The notes beneath the pieces were generated by a model that worked only from the letters and a program-made list of their open reading frames with translations, was not told the origin of the DNA and searched no databases. Of a stretch of DNA of 64,000 nucleotides, positions 1 to 12,118 are shown one piece after another (position 1 is the stretch's first letter; the number at the start of each line of letters is the position of its first letter). Origin of the DNA: Anthoceros angustus. Its lineage: Eukaryota > Plantae > Anthocerotophyta. Position numbers and translations under genes: made by a program. The stretch is taken from positions 124,001 through 188,000 of the forward strand of contig MU008216.1 of NCBI GenBank assembly GCA_010909165.1, given 5' to 3'.

Positions 1-1501
1 GTGAGCACCTAACCATGCACGCACCCTCGACACATCCTCGGACCTCCAAAAGGACATGTTTCCCCATTAGAAGATCATTTTTCGCATTCTTTTTGCAGTG
101 CATGCACAAGTTTGCGCATAAGCGTTATTTAGGCGCACACTTATGCGCGCTAGGCCCCTGGTATACAAAACATACAAAACCACGCAAAATGCGAAACTAC
201 GGACATGGCGAAATTATGGAACAATGAGGTCATTGACCCTTCATCACAACTAAATCGCCATGAACACAGTACAAGGCGCCACGGCGTGTAAATGACTCGA
301 TAGGAAGTGGTCGGATGAGAATGCCGAAACGATGGATGAACACCTACAAAACCAACAAAACCAAACCAACTTTAGTTTCCGGCGAAATAGGGTTGGGATT
401 TTTCCCAAACCCTTTTGATGGGAGAAACCCCTTTCTACACGTATTTTTCTCCACGTTGTTATTCCCTCTTGCCTTGTATGGTATTTGGGTTTGAATCTCT
501 CCCCATCCTCTTGGGGAAAAGGTTCAAGCTTCCTTTATTCGAGCTCACATCACTGTAAGTGCTCGACCCGCTTACCTAGCCTCCTTTACGAATTTGCCGC
601 CTTTCACCTTGAACTTGAAAGCCTTTTTGCCTGCCCTCTTTCCTCTACCGCCTTTAGCTTCTTGACATTGTCAACCCCGATCTTTCCCCTTACCACCTCC
701 TTCCCTGCAGGTCTTTCCGTTCGCTTTGGCTCAATACTGATTCCCAGGCTTCCTTTTGTTGGCTCTCTCAAGCTGCCGATTGGTTGAAAAGGCTCGAGTT
801 TGAAACTTTAAGACTCCCAGCTTGGCCTACTCCCTACTCCCAGCTTGCCCTCTCTCATATCCCCTCAACCACCACATCCGAAGGGACCTTAAATTGAGAT
901 ACCTTCGTCTCATCCGGTCTCCTCTCTATTCTATCCCTCCTCTCACACCCGGACTACGGTTATACAAGGAGGAGTTTCGTGTCAATCCCCTTTGGTTTTC
1001 TTGCCACCTTGCATCTTAGATCTCCTCTCTTCAAACTCCGTACACTCATTGGTCAGTGCATTAGCTCCCATCACCTCCGGATCGAAACTAAGCTAGTTCG
1101 GGCGCCTCCTTAAGAAAACGGATTTCTGAGCTTTGCTCCTTGGACCACGAATATGAATCACATTTTCTCTTCTATTGTCCGCCTATCTTTGATATTCGAG
1201 CTCATTACACTCTTCTTTTCGAGTGTCTTTGGTTTTCCTCATGTAGATTTTTCTTTTCACATTTTAAACTTTACGGACTCTCTCTAAGCTTTTGAACATC
1301 GACATGCTTTGTTGAACTTGTTATTGGTTTCACTTCCTTTTTTTTCCTTTTTCATCTCAAGCGATTCTTGTCTTTCTAGTTCAAACATACGTATGAATAC
1401 TCGATTTTTTCCCTCTTTCACGTTGTACTATCCCTGTCCTGTGATGGCCCTTTCATCTTTAGCGGATGTAAATAAAATTGTTTGTAAATAAACTTGGACG
1501 A
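1..1501. repeat. Copy A of a ~1.5 kb direct repeat (copy B at 2175-3649); minus strand carries decayed K/E-rich coding-like sequence, probably TE-derived
   Basis: gtgagcacctaaccatgcacgcaccctc starts at both 1 and 2175, and the copies stay colinear to ...tgtaaataaacttggacga (1501 / 3649). Differences are mostly 1-3 nt indels. The repeat may extend upstream of the window. Confidence 0.95.
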
Positions 1502-2174
1502 CGTTTGGCTGCTGCCCATCGACTCCGTTGTTGGGAAGGTGACCGAACCATAGCACCGTCCCAAAAACAGCCAACAGTTTGAAGGCACCACCTCCAACGC
1601 CACGGCACTATCCACCGTATTTGAAGCAACACACCGCCCCGTGACTATCCACCAACCTGGGCATGGACCTACTTGCAACTTGTAGCGCCCGTCAACTGAT
1701 CCGCTCCTTCCACCATGTCACGCACATGTAGCCACAGAGCTTGTCACGATTAATGCCTAGCCTCGAGTTCAAGTTGAGTTCTGATTACCTAGGTCATTTG
1801 CCGGCTGGCGGTATGCACGCCCAGTCTCCGCTTGCACCTGTAAATGATATTCAACCCTAAACCATAAATCCGACCAGGATTTTTAAACCCGTAGCATTTC
1901 GAAGGCAGCGCGTGGGCGGGCCCGTTCCTTGGCCACGGGTTCGTGAAATGAAGCGGCAAAAGGCCAGCTATGTGGGGACATTGTCCTTAAACAAGTTGGA
2001 TTTTTTAAGCATATTTTGATATTCCATTCTTTATTAAATTTTAATCCTAGATAAAAATAGACATTACTATAACATGTAAAAAAAATCAGACAAGTTGGAA
2101 AAGAAATGAATTTTTCATAATTGTAGACATTGCGTGAGGACAAAATAAGAGCGTTTCAACCGTTTCTAACTAAA

Positions 2175-3649
2175 GTGAGCACCTAACCATGCACGCACCC
2201 TCAGACACATCCTCGGACCTCCAAAGGACATGTTTCCCCATTAGAAGATCATTTTTCGCATTCTTTTGCAGGTGCACAAGTTTATGATAAGCGTTATTTA
2301 GGCGCACACTTATGCGCGCCTAGGCCCCAGTATACAAAAACATACAAAACCACGCAAAATGCGAAACTACGGACATGGCGAAATTATGGAACAATGAGGT
2401 CATTGACCTTCATCACACCGACTAAATCGCCATGAACACGAGTACAAGGCGCCACGGTGTAAATGACTCGATAGGAAGTGGTGCGGGCCAGAATGCGGCG
2501 ATGGATGAACACCTACAAAACCAACAAAACCAAACCAACTTTAGTTTCCGACGAAATAGGGTTGGGATTTTTCCCAAACCCCTTTTGATGGGAGAAACCC
2601 CTTTCTACAGACATTGTTTTCTCACGTTGTTATTCCTCCGCCTTGTATGGCTGAAATCAGGGTTTGAATCTCTCCCCATCCTCTTGGGAAAGGTTCAAGC
2701 TTCCTTTATTCGAGCTCACATCACTGTAAGTGCTCGACGTTTACCTAGCCTCCTTTCGAATTTGCCGCCTTTCACCTTGAACTTGAAAGCCTTTTTGCCC
2801 TCTTTCCTCTACCGCCTTTAGCTTCTTGACATTGTCAACCCGATCTTTCCCTTACCACCTCCTTCCCTTGAGTCTTCCGCTTTGGCTCAATCGATTCGGG
2901 CTTCCTTTTGTTGGCTCTCTCAAGCTGCCGATTGGTTGAAAAGGCTCGAGTTTGAAACTTTAAGACTCCACTTGGCCTACTCCTACTCCCGACTTGCCCT
3001 CTCTCATATCCCCTCAACCACCACATCCAAGGGACCTTAAATTGAGATACCTTCGTCTCATCCGGTCTCCTCTATTCTATCCTCCTCTCACACCCGGACT
3101 ACGGTTATACAAGGAGGAGTTTCGTGTCAATCCCCTTTGGTTTTCTTGCCCGCCATGCTTGTCTTAGATCTCCCTCTCTTTCAAACTCCAGACACTCATT
3201 GGTCAATTCATTAGCTCCCATCACCTCGGATCGAAACTAAGCGCTAGTTCAGGCGCCTCCTTAAGAAAAGCAGTTCTGAGCTTTGCTCCTTGGACCTGAA
3301 TATGAATCACATTTCTCTTCTATTGTCCCGCCTATGCCGATATTCGAGCTCATTACACTCTTCTTTTCGAGTGTCTTTGGTTTTCCTTGCGTAGATTTTT
3401 TCTTTTCACATTTTAAACTTTCTCGACTCTCTCTAAGCTTTTGAACATCGACATGCTTTGTTGAACTTGTTATTGGTTTCACTTCCTTTTTTTTCCTTTT
3501 TCATCTCAAAGCCATTCATCTTTCTAGTTCAAACATACGTATGAATACTCGATTTTTTCCCTCTTTCACGTTGTACTATCCCTGTCCTGTGATGGCCCTT
3601 TCATCTTTAGCGGATGTAAATAAAATTGTTTGTAAATAAACTTGGACGA
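2175..3649. repeat. Copy B of the ~1.5 kb direct repeat (offset 2174 bp from copy A)
   Basis: Colinear with 1-1501 by direct reading. Confidence 0.95.
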
Positions 3650-4015
3650 GAAGAAATGAGTCTTAGGTTCGAATCCCCTAGGGTAAGTTTAAGAATTTAT
3701 TTTGAAATGTACAACAAATATTTATATATTTACAAATTAATGATAATGAGCAAAGGGTTATGTAGCATGGTTTAGTTTAGTAGCCTATGGTGCTAGTAGC
3801 CTAGGTGGTCTTAAAATTTTTTGTTTGTAGTTTTGTGGTAAACACAGGTACTAGATTTCAGGTGGTTGAGCGTTTGAACCAAGGTACTTGTTTTTGAATT
3901 GTTGTGTGTTCGAATTCGTAGGACAACTTGGTATTTTGGAGCTCGGCAGGATGGGTCCCGTATATCATATATCGCGGTATGCAACAAAAGGGATGTATCC
4001 TATATGCCATGTAGT

Positions 4016-4110
4016 ATGGGATGTATTCTAAATTTTGCCAGCGCGGGATGCAATAAGATGGGATGTATTCTTGAATTTTGCAATGCGGGATGTAACAGGA
4101 TGGGATGTGT
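4016..4110. repeat. 42-bp tandem repeat (~2.3 copies) within a cluster of GGGATG motifs
   Basis: atgggatgt starts at 4016, 4058 and 4100; the first two units continue ...attct.aattttgc..gcgggatg.aa.ag. Further gggatg motifs lie at ~3990. Confidence 0.8.
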
Positions 4111-4492
4111 CATGCGTGACATGTACATGTACATGTACATAGTATACTCCTATATGTATGCCCTTTATAATCTATCATCATATATAAATAATTAAGCTTG
4201 TATCAATCTACATATACGTGTACACGCACCCTGTATTTCTACCATGGATATAACTGGACAATGGGAGGGTGCATATTAAACATCAATGTAAGACTGGTTG
4301 AAGGCCAAAAAAATTAGTGTTCAACCTATGTATAAGTATGATCAAGTAAAAACATTGATAAAAAAATGGTGTGGATATGAGGTTGAAGGGAAAGGTGGGA
4401 GTTGCAGATCCGTGTTCCAGTGATGTTCTGGTGTGGGCAACATAAACGAATAATTATTGAGAGAGCCTGGGTGTGATGACGAAGACAAGTGA

Positions 4493-4712
4493 AACTTAAA
4501 CAAATAGTTCTCTAAATGGGGTGTAATAAAGAGGGGAGGGTGATTGGGAAGGAAGGGGGCTCCATCAACATAAACAAATAGTTCTCTAAAGACGGTGTAT
4601 TAAAGAGGGGGAGGGTGATAGGGGAGAGAGGGGCTCCTCGAACATAAACAACTAGTTCTTAAAAGCGGGTGTAATAAAGAGGGGATTGTGATAGGGGGAG
4701 AGAGGGGGTTCC
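4493..4712. repeat. ~74-bp minisatellite, 3 copies
   Basis: aac(t/a)taaacaa.tagttct.taaa..ggtgtaataaagagggg..gtgat..ggg recurs at ~4493, ~4567 and ~4641. Confidence 0.9.
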
Positions 4713-5427
4713 TTGTTACAATCATGTTGCAATTGCATGTGGAAAATAATAATAATAAATGGTTGTGAGAGAGGGGGTGTAGTTATGAAGGTGAGATGGA
4801 AAGAGAGAGAGCCAGGTTCGTGTTAAGATTGTGGCACCACATGGGGAAAGAAGTAACAAACTTAATACCAAGCCTCCAAAGCATGTTGCAATTTGAAAAG
4901 TGTAATATAAAATTGCAACAACGACTGTAACATAGGCTGCCCTTTCCAGTAGGTTTCTCTACTTGTCGAGGTTAGGGGTACAAGTCTATTGGCCACCGAG
5001 TCCTCAGTGCCGGCGGCCTTTGTTGGAAGTTGGGCCTCCTGTGCCCCTACCTTGGCCTCTCGCTTTCTAATCAGGGATTCCTGCATTTTGGATGGTTTCA
5101 TGTAAGAGAATAGGCCATGGGTTGGACTCGGGATATCGTTTGTGCATATTCATGTCATTATCAATCCTCCGGGTTGGGTGGCGGAGGGATGCACTACAGC
5201 CAAGGTTCACAAGTGCACCCCAATGTAAGAAGACCATGTTTTCATTCCCTTTGTTATTGAGACTCACAAGGCCATGGGCAAGTACTACTCGAGGTTTATC
5301 AAGGCTTGTGCTAAAGCATACTAAATCCACAAGAACGGGGTAGGTCTCCCTCTTTCCTATGTGGTGGCTTTCTTCTGGCAACGAGTATCCATTGTTTTGC
5401 AAAGGGCATTGACAAACGCAATTTTAA

Positions 5428-5478
5428 GGACAACTTCAAACGCGGGACAACTTCAAACGCGAGACAACTTTAAACGCG
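5428..5478. repeat. 17-bp tandem repeat x3
   Basis: ggacaacttcaaacgcg / ggacaacttcaaacgcg / agacaactttaaacgcg. Confidence 0.9.
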
Positions 5479-6308
5479 GGGAACATAGCATCTTTAGCTC
5501 CAGTGATTGGTAGGTTCTTCCTTATTCCAAATTAAAACATCTTGGGAGTAGTAGGTAGCTTTAGAGTAGACGTTCGGGGGGCCTAGTCTCCCTTGGCCTG
5601 GGCCCTCTAGAGGGTTGTTCCCCGTTGCCCCAATGTCTACATATGGGACTTCCCATCTCTACAGATTTATAAAGTCTTCATGTTTTTCAATGCAATTTAA
5701 TAAGAAGGGCTTTTTCAAATTCGAAGGTAATAAGAATTTAAATTATTTTTTTGATGATGAATTGATAATATTTAATTTTTATATATTCATTGTAATTATG
5801 TGCTATCATAATGGTATGAGTTTCAACTAGTTTGAATGGACATATTTTAGCTGTCAAATCTAGAATGGGCATTTTCTATGGAAGTAAGTATGATATGGCA
5901 TTGATTTTGACAGTTTTGCGACAAATTGAAAAACAAGTCTTTGAAATATGTATCTACATTTCTAATTCAATCATACAGTTTTGCCACAAATTTAGAAACA
6001 AGTCATTGAAATATGTAACTACATACCTAATTTAATGATATTGGAATCAAAATATCGTTGCAAAATGTGCTTAGTTGTAGGTCCATAAAAATGTTCTATT
6101 TTATTCCAATTAGAGCTAAAATTTCATCATATTCTTGATCTCGTTAAAAACCAACATGCATATTACGGCGTAGCAGAATTTGAATGTGATCCAGATTTTG
6201 CAATGAAGAAGTAAGGTTGCAAGAAAATACAACCACCAATATATGTAGTTACATAATTCAATTATAATGATATGATTACTACAAATAGTTATAAGTCCAT
6301 GAAACTTC

Positions 6309-9300
6309 CTATTTTGTTCCAACTAGAGCCAAGATTTTTTCATATTCAGACTCTCTTTGCAAACCAACATGGGCACTAGAATTTGGGAGAATGGCTGTTG
6401 TAGAATCATAATATTGCTTATTAGAGGTTGAAAAATCAATCGAAGTAGTATTAGGAGGCATAGATGGTTGATTATCATCACATTCTTTATAACACTGGGC
6501 TTTGAGCATAGTATCATAAAGGCTGAAATTCATATCAGCTATTGTTGCATTGTTAAGATTTCCATTGGTGTCTGCAACACTAAGAATGTCGGATTGTGAA
6601 TTTGGATGCAGGCATATTTGTGACGTGACACCACTACTAGAGTTACAAGCAAGGTGTGAAAAGTTCGGCGGATATGGCAACATTGGAGTAAGAATTGGAG
6701 AAGGTGTTATAAGATTAGATGGAGAAAATGAGACTCTTCCCCATGCATGAAGAAAAGGATTATTAAAACTATTCTGATCAATTGGAGGTTGAAGTTTTGT
6801 TTCCTGACCTTGGGAAGCACTTGTAGGAAACTGTCCAGGAAAATTTTTAATTGAACTATCGATGATATTGGTGGATGTAGGAGCCAGTTTTTGATGTGAG
6901 GGAGATGATGTTGAAGAATTGGAAGTAGACTCACTTGTAGATGGAATGGGAAGCCACAAGCCGGGAAACATTGGGGCCCCAGTTCTATTTAGTGTTGCAC
7001 TTGCGGTAAAAATCTTTGGAGAAATTGGTGGCATTCCCCAATGAGGCCATGCATTAGGTTGTAATGAGGGGTTGCCCCAAGGTGCAGTAAGTTGAAAATC
7101 TTTGAGTGCATGTTGAAAATTTGTGTTCCAATTGGGACATCCAAATAATGTTGATGGATTGGGTAGTTTATCTAACATCAAAGAAGAAATGTACGAAGAA
7201 GGTGTAGAATTGAACATAGATTGTGAAGTTGAAGATGGACTTGTATTAGTAAACATGGGAACTGTAGCCTCATGTTTCATAGACTCACTATCTTTCTCTT
7301 TATTACTAACACTTATGCTTGTATCATCATCTTCTTTAGGTTTCATAACATCATTAGATTCAAGAAAAGAATATTGGTCATATAGTGTGGATAAAAGTTG
7401 AGAATTCAACAAAACTGGAGAAGGAGGATACATAGGATTAGAAGGGGTTTGAATGGTTGCAGCACTACTTTGAGAGCATGTAGTATCATTCCCTTCTATT
7501 CTTGTTGTATCTAGGAGCCATTGGGAATCTGAAATTGTAGAGGGTACGCTTTCAACTTTGGTATCATTTGATATAATGGGTATACTAGCTGGTGAGGCCT
7601 CAACAACTGATTGTGATGAATATGTATTTGGATACATGTTACTACTACTCTGGGCACCAATACCAATAGATATACCATCTCCAAGCTCTTTTAGAAAAGT
7701 AAGATATTCTGTATCTAATACTTTTTCCTGTATTACACCATATTACAATGTTTACAAGAATTGAACATCATTTTGGTTAAGTTAGGTTTTTAAATAAAGT
7801 AAATAAATACAATGGTTAAGTAACATTTGGAAAACAACAGGAGATTGTTTATAAACCTTAGAAGTCCCTATACTTGTCGACGCACAGTCTGCAGTTGGAT
7901 GACTCCCATCTCCACATATTGCACATGTTACCTAAATATAAAATTCATATATTTATTAATTAAATATATAACTAAAAATAATGGAAGAAAACCATAAAAA
8001 AACACTAGCAACCTTAACACGGGGAGGTAAAGAAAGCTTGTCTTTTGGACAACACCAATCTTTGTGCCCAAGCTCTCCACAATTAGAGCATCTAGTTGTC
8101 TCCCTCACCGTCCCTAAATTTCAATGAAGAGTGTGTAAGCTTATAGACTAACATGGATCACCAAAATATTAGTACTAGACTAATATGACACATCAATCAC
8201 CATTCATTTCCGCCAATTCTCGTAATTGCTTTCTTTTATGCGCATTTTTCTCTTCCTGGGGAAAACATTTAAAGAAAGTTACTAATATAGCAAGTGAAAT
8301 TTGTCTAAAGTAAGTCTAGACTATAATATTATAATGTTGCATAATTTTTAAACAACATAGGTAGTTAAACAACATACATGCATAAAAAATGATATTTATT
8401 GGAATTCTACATCTTTTTATAACCTTACATCCACAGGAGTTAATAATGGCTTGATTAATGTTATAGCAGCATCAATTTTGTCATATGAGTCACTTGTAAT
8501 GTGGACATGAAGATCATCAAATGCACCCTCCATGTTCTTTTGTAAGCCTTGTATGTGCTGTAGAAATGAAATAGTATTTAAATGTGATACTCTTATGATT
8601 TATGTTCAATCCATTTTGTGTTACTAGAAACATTAATGAATCTTGTCATACCTTACCCTCTTTGACAGCACCCTTTCCTCGTATGGCTATTCTAGTGCCA
8701 GTTTCCTGTGTACACAAATCTTAGTGGATGTAGTCTAAAACATGAATATTTTATGTGTTAATGAAGTGTCAAGCAAAAAAAACAATGATACCATTTCCAT
8801 TCGTTTTTGGGTATTTCCTCGAGGCCCAAGAATCAATCCAATAAAATTATATCCTGGATAATCTTGTACCTGTTGAGCATTCTATTCATGTAACTTAATA
8901 TATTAATGATGTTGAATTGAAGAACTTTTAAATTCTCACACTTACTGGTATGAATAGCTTGGCTTCTTTGCAAACTGGTCTATATCCAGTAGGAGGTTTG
9001 TAGAGTGGATTTAGTTTCATACATTCACCTATATGAACATGAAAGCTGTAGTTACCTTTCTCATGTAATAAGATTGCAAGATTAGTAATAGAATTAGAAC
9101 CTCATATTACCTATAGCTTCTCGCCTTTCTAGCTCTAGCTGTTCTTTCTTTCTTCCCTGGTAATAAGAAAATGAGATTGTTAGTTTAGTGCTTACGCATC
9201 TTTCATCAAAGTGGTAATTTAAAACAAAAATGAAGAGATGTGTGCATACCTCTCTCGTATTTGTTCTTTGACCATTTGCATCGTATATAGGCGGTGGTGA

Positions 9301-9795
9301 TGAAGAACGTGTGCTATCAATCAAATCTACCTCCAACTTTCCCGAATCCAATTGCGCAGCAATCTGCTCTGCACGAGTCTGCTCAAAATTCGTACCACCA
9401 GACAGGTAGCAACATCACTTAATGCCACCTGGAATATAAGTTACCGTATGAGAATGAAACAACGCCACAAATTTTTGTTAAGTTGAGTATGGGCCACAAG
9501 CTTTCTATAATAGCTTGACGTTGTTATGGATTTGAGGTATATAAATTATAGAAGACTTAGAAATTGCTTTGAGCTCTACCTGCAAAGCAAGAGCTCTGCC
9601 TCTTTTCATCATTGGATCTTCAGTCAGATCAATCCCCCACTTTGTTTTTCTGGAAGGTAAATTTTGTGTAGTATCTTCAACTTGTTCCTTAGGCTCCCAC
9701 TTTGGTTTTTTCCTAGGAACAGGAATTGAAGCCCCGAGAACCTTGGTCTTTGGAATTACAAATTGAAGCTTTGTTTTAGGTTTCATATCATCCAT
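6309..9795 (-). CDS. SF1: Splicing factor 1 / branch-point binding protein-like (KH-QUA2, two CCHC zinc knuckles, long S/P/N-rich tail); ~10 exons
   Basis: Spliced exons give [24 protein letters not shown] | [30 protein letters not shown] | ..ELERREAI | [18 protein letters not shown] | [22 protein letters not shown] | [17 protein letters not shown] | [18 protein letters not shown] | [14 protein letters not shown] | [14 protein letters not shown] | [14 protein letters not shown] | [16 protein letters not shown], then the 6309-7637 ORF. The start codon (MDDMKP at 9795) is tentative. Probably an SF1 paralogue rather than the canonical orthologue. Confidence 0.88.
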
Positions 9796-10511
9796 GTTGT
9801 AGTTGTTTTCTTGTGCAATATTTGGTAACTTAATAAATGATTGGGCTTGTATTTCTTGCAAAGGTATTTGAACATGAATTTATCCTAGAGAAGGTAGAGA
9901 TGAGAGATATCATTAGCAATGAAATCAATATCTATATTTTCATGGCGTGACTATGATATAAACCAAACTTCTTATAGTGCAAAAATAGTCATATTTCTAT
10001 CCAACATAACATATTATTAGACTTATTCGCATAGAATAGTAGTCCAACGCATTTGATACAAACTGTTTGTTTTCCTATCATTTGGAACCAACGAGAATGA
10101 CTGCAGTGCATAGTGAGAGCCCTTACCTTGAATGAGGGCACTTCTCAATTCACAAAGTTGGATATCAGGTTTGGTATGAGCTCTGAGTAATAGGTTTCTA
10201 TTTTTGTGAGGCCTTGGACTATCTCTTATTTTGTGTGGACAGTTATTAACTAGACTCTTGCAAGATTTAAAGTATTTTCTATTTTATATGGACAGTTACC
10301 ACCTAGAGTCTTATTTAATATTTTGATAGCCCCTTTTATAAGGAGACCATTTTGGGAATTTCAAGAGGAGTAATATTGCTCATAACATGTTGCAAATCCC
10401 ACGTCCTAATGTGTATTCGAAAAGAAGTTTTTAATAAGGATAGATGGGTTCACCCATCTACAAAAGGACATCAAAGGGAGGCCCCCAAGGATCAGAGCAA
10501 AGAAGGAGCAA

Positions 10512-11235
10512 CTAAGCTCCATGTCTAAAGTCACCTACAACATCTACAATGTCATAACTAGGGAGATTGAATGGCCTACATATTATTGAACTAGTCGAAG
10601 ATGCATCTTGAGCAGTCGGTGCTATGCGTAAGATAGCCCCTGCAAGTGTCCTTTGGAGGGTAATGGAGACCTGCTGCCAAAAGAACGTTGTGAAATAGAA
10701 GAGAGGTAGACCCGCTCTATATTTCCTTACATGATATGCTTTGGCACATGCTTTCATAAATTTATCAAAGTCTTTAGCCAACGTCCCATAAGTCTCCAAG
10801 AGAAGCGAGATGAAGAGATGGCTTGCATGCATTCCCTATACTTAGTAACCTTAAAAGCCGCCTCTCTAACTGCCTCCTCACCCAAGATGAGGTGCAGTCA
10901 GCTCGGTGCAAGTTAGCTCTGATCATTTGCCTTGTACTTTAAGCATACAAGGCTCCCTCCAAACCATATAACCATTTTAATAACCCACAACTGCAACGTC
11001 AAAAATGAGACAATGAGCAAGATGCATCCCAAGTGCGTCCATGACAGAACCACATTTGTAAGTGAGAAATGAGGAAGCCACTCTTCAACCAAGGCCATAG
11101 AAGAAGCCGATACTCAGTCAAGCCCATACGAAGCATCGCTGTAGTGAAAGTTGTAGGTGCTATATACGAGCCAATAGCCAAGGCTGTGCGCTCTTCCCGA
11201 AACAAGAGAGGAGAAGCTACATAGTGAGGCGCCAT
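10512..11235 (-). mobile_element. 5'-truncated, decayed non-LTR retrotransposon (CRE/R2-like, C-terminal zinc finger + restriction-like endonuclease)
   Basis: Across frameshifts: SCFGKSAQPWLLAR, YKCGSVMDALGMHLAHC, EAAFKVTKY, FISLLLETYGTLAKDFDKFMK...FWQQVSITLQRTLAGAI. These match the CxC..D..G.H...C, K..KY, ExxG and R.S.ALQR motif order of RLE-bearing non-LTR elements. Confidence 0.75.
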
Positions 11236-11990
11236 GGTGGACTAATAGGCTTTCGGCCTACATATCTACAAATCACTCTACGATGTCCTCCAATGTGGTA
11301 TTTGCACAAAAGTTGGGCTGCGTGGGCTTCAAGCGTCGCTCTTGGAGAAGCACTACCGGCAGGCATAGTTGGCCTTTCTTCAGGATTCCTCTGTTCCCAC
11401 GGCCACTCGGTCTCGGCTTCGCTCTTGCTCAAGGAAGGGAACAAGTTCCTAGCTTCTAGCCCAACCCAGTATCCAGGCATTCCGCATCGCATCAACAACT
11501 TTTTCCACTACGATGCGCTTTCGCCTGGGCTTGGTCCAACCTCAGGCCTATTCTCTCTCTATTTGCAGCTGTTGAGCCCCCCTCAATGACTCGGGGACGC
11601 ACCTGGCCCGCTGTCCTGCTAGAGGACAGCGCATTGCTATGCCTGATGTCGTCCGGGACGTCATGTTCTCAATGGCTAAGGAGAGCGGGTTCTTGCCTCA
11701 TAGAGAGACCCATACACCTTGCTCAACGGCATTTCTTTCAGGGCTGACCTTTTTTCGTCCCGGGGATACCAAGTTTTTGTTGTTAATGTGATTGTAACAA
11801 ACCCCACCTGGGACTCTATCTGCGAGCAAGTGATCCTTAACCCTTGAGGATGGGCGGCGTCCATAAGTACTTTCCTATGTAGGACAGCCACACCTTTAAA
11901 TCCCCCTTGCCATTGAGACCCATGGAGGCATGAGCTTCTCGAGCAAGAATTTCTCGAGGTTTGTTAAGCCTGTGCCAAGGTGTACCACAA
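11224..11990 (+). mobile_element. Second decayed copy of a CRE/R2-like non-LTR element 3' region, opposite orientation
   Basis: Across stops and frameshifts: RRHGGL, RSRLRSCSRKG, FSTTMRFRLGLVQP..ICSC..LNDSGTHLARCPARGQRIAMPDVVRDVMFSMAKESG, IPLAIETHG. Confidence 0.75.
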
Positions 11991-12118
11991 TTGCTAGAAT
12001 GGGGTTGGTCTTCCCCTTTCTTGTATTGTGGCTTTCTTCAGGCAACCAAGGCGTACCGCAATCGCAGGAATGGGTTGGTGTACCCCTTTCTTGTATTGTG
12101 GCTTTCTTCGGGCAACGA
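11975..12118. repeat. ~72-bp tandem duplication
   Basis: ccaagg.gtacc.caat.gc..gaatgg(g)gttggt...cccctttcttgtattgtggctttcttc.ggcaac occurs twice. Confidence 0.85.

Noticed and set aside
4862-5402. Minus-strand ORFs as a functional gene
   Set aside because: They are short and broken, with no recognisable domain or splice structure; probably TE debris.
10512-11990. Twin-priming inversion of a single retrotransposition event
   Set aside because: Both halves contain the same domain region and are substantially diverged, which indicates two insertions.
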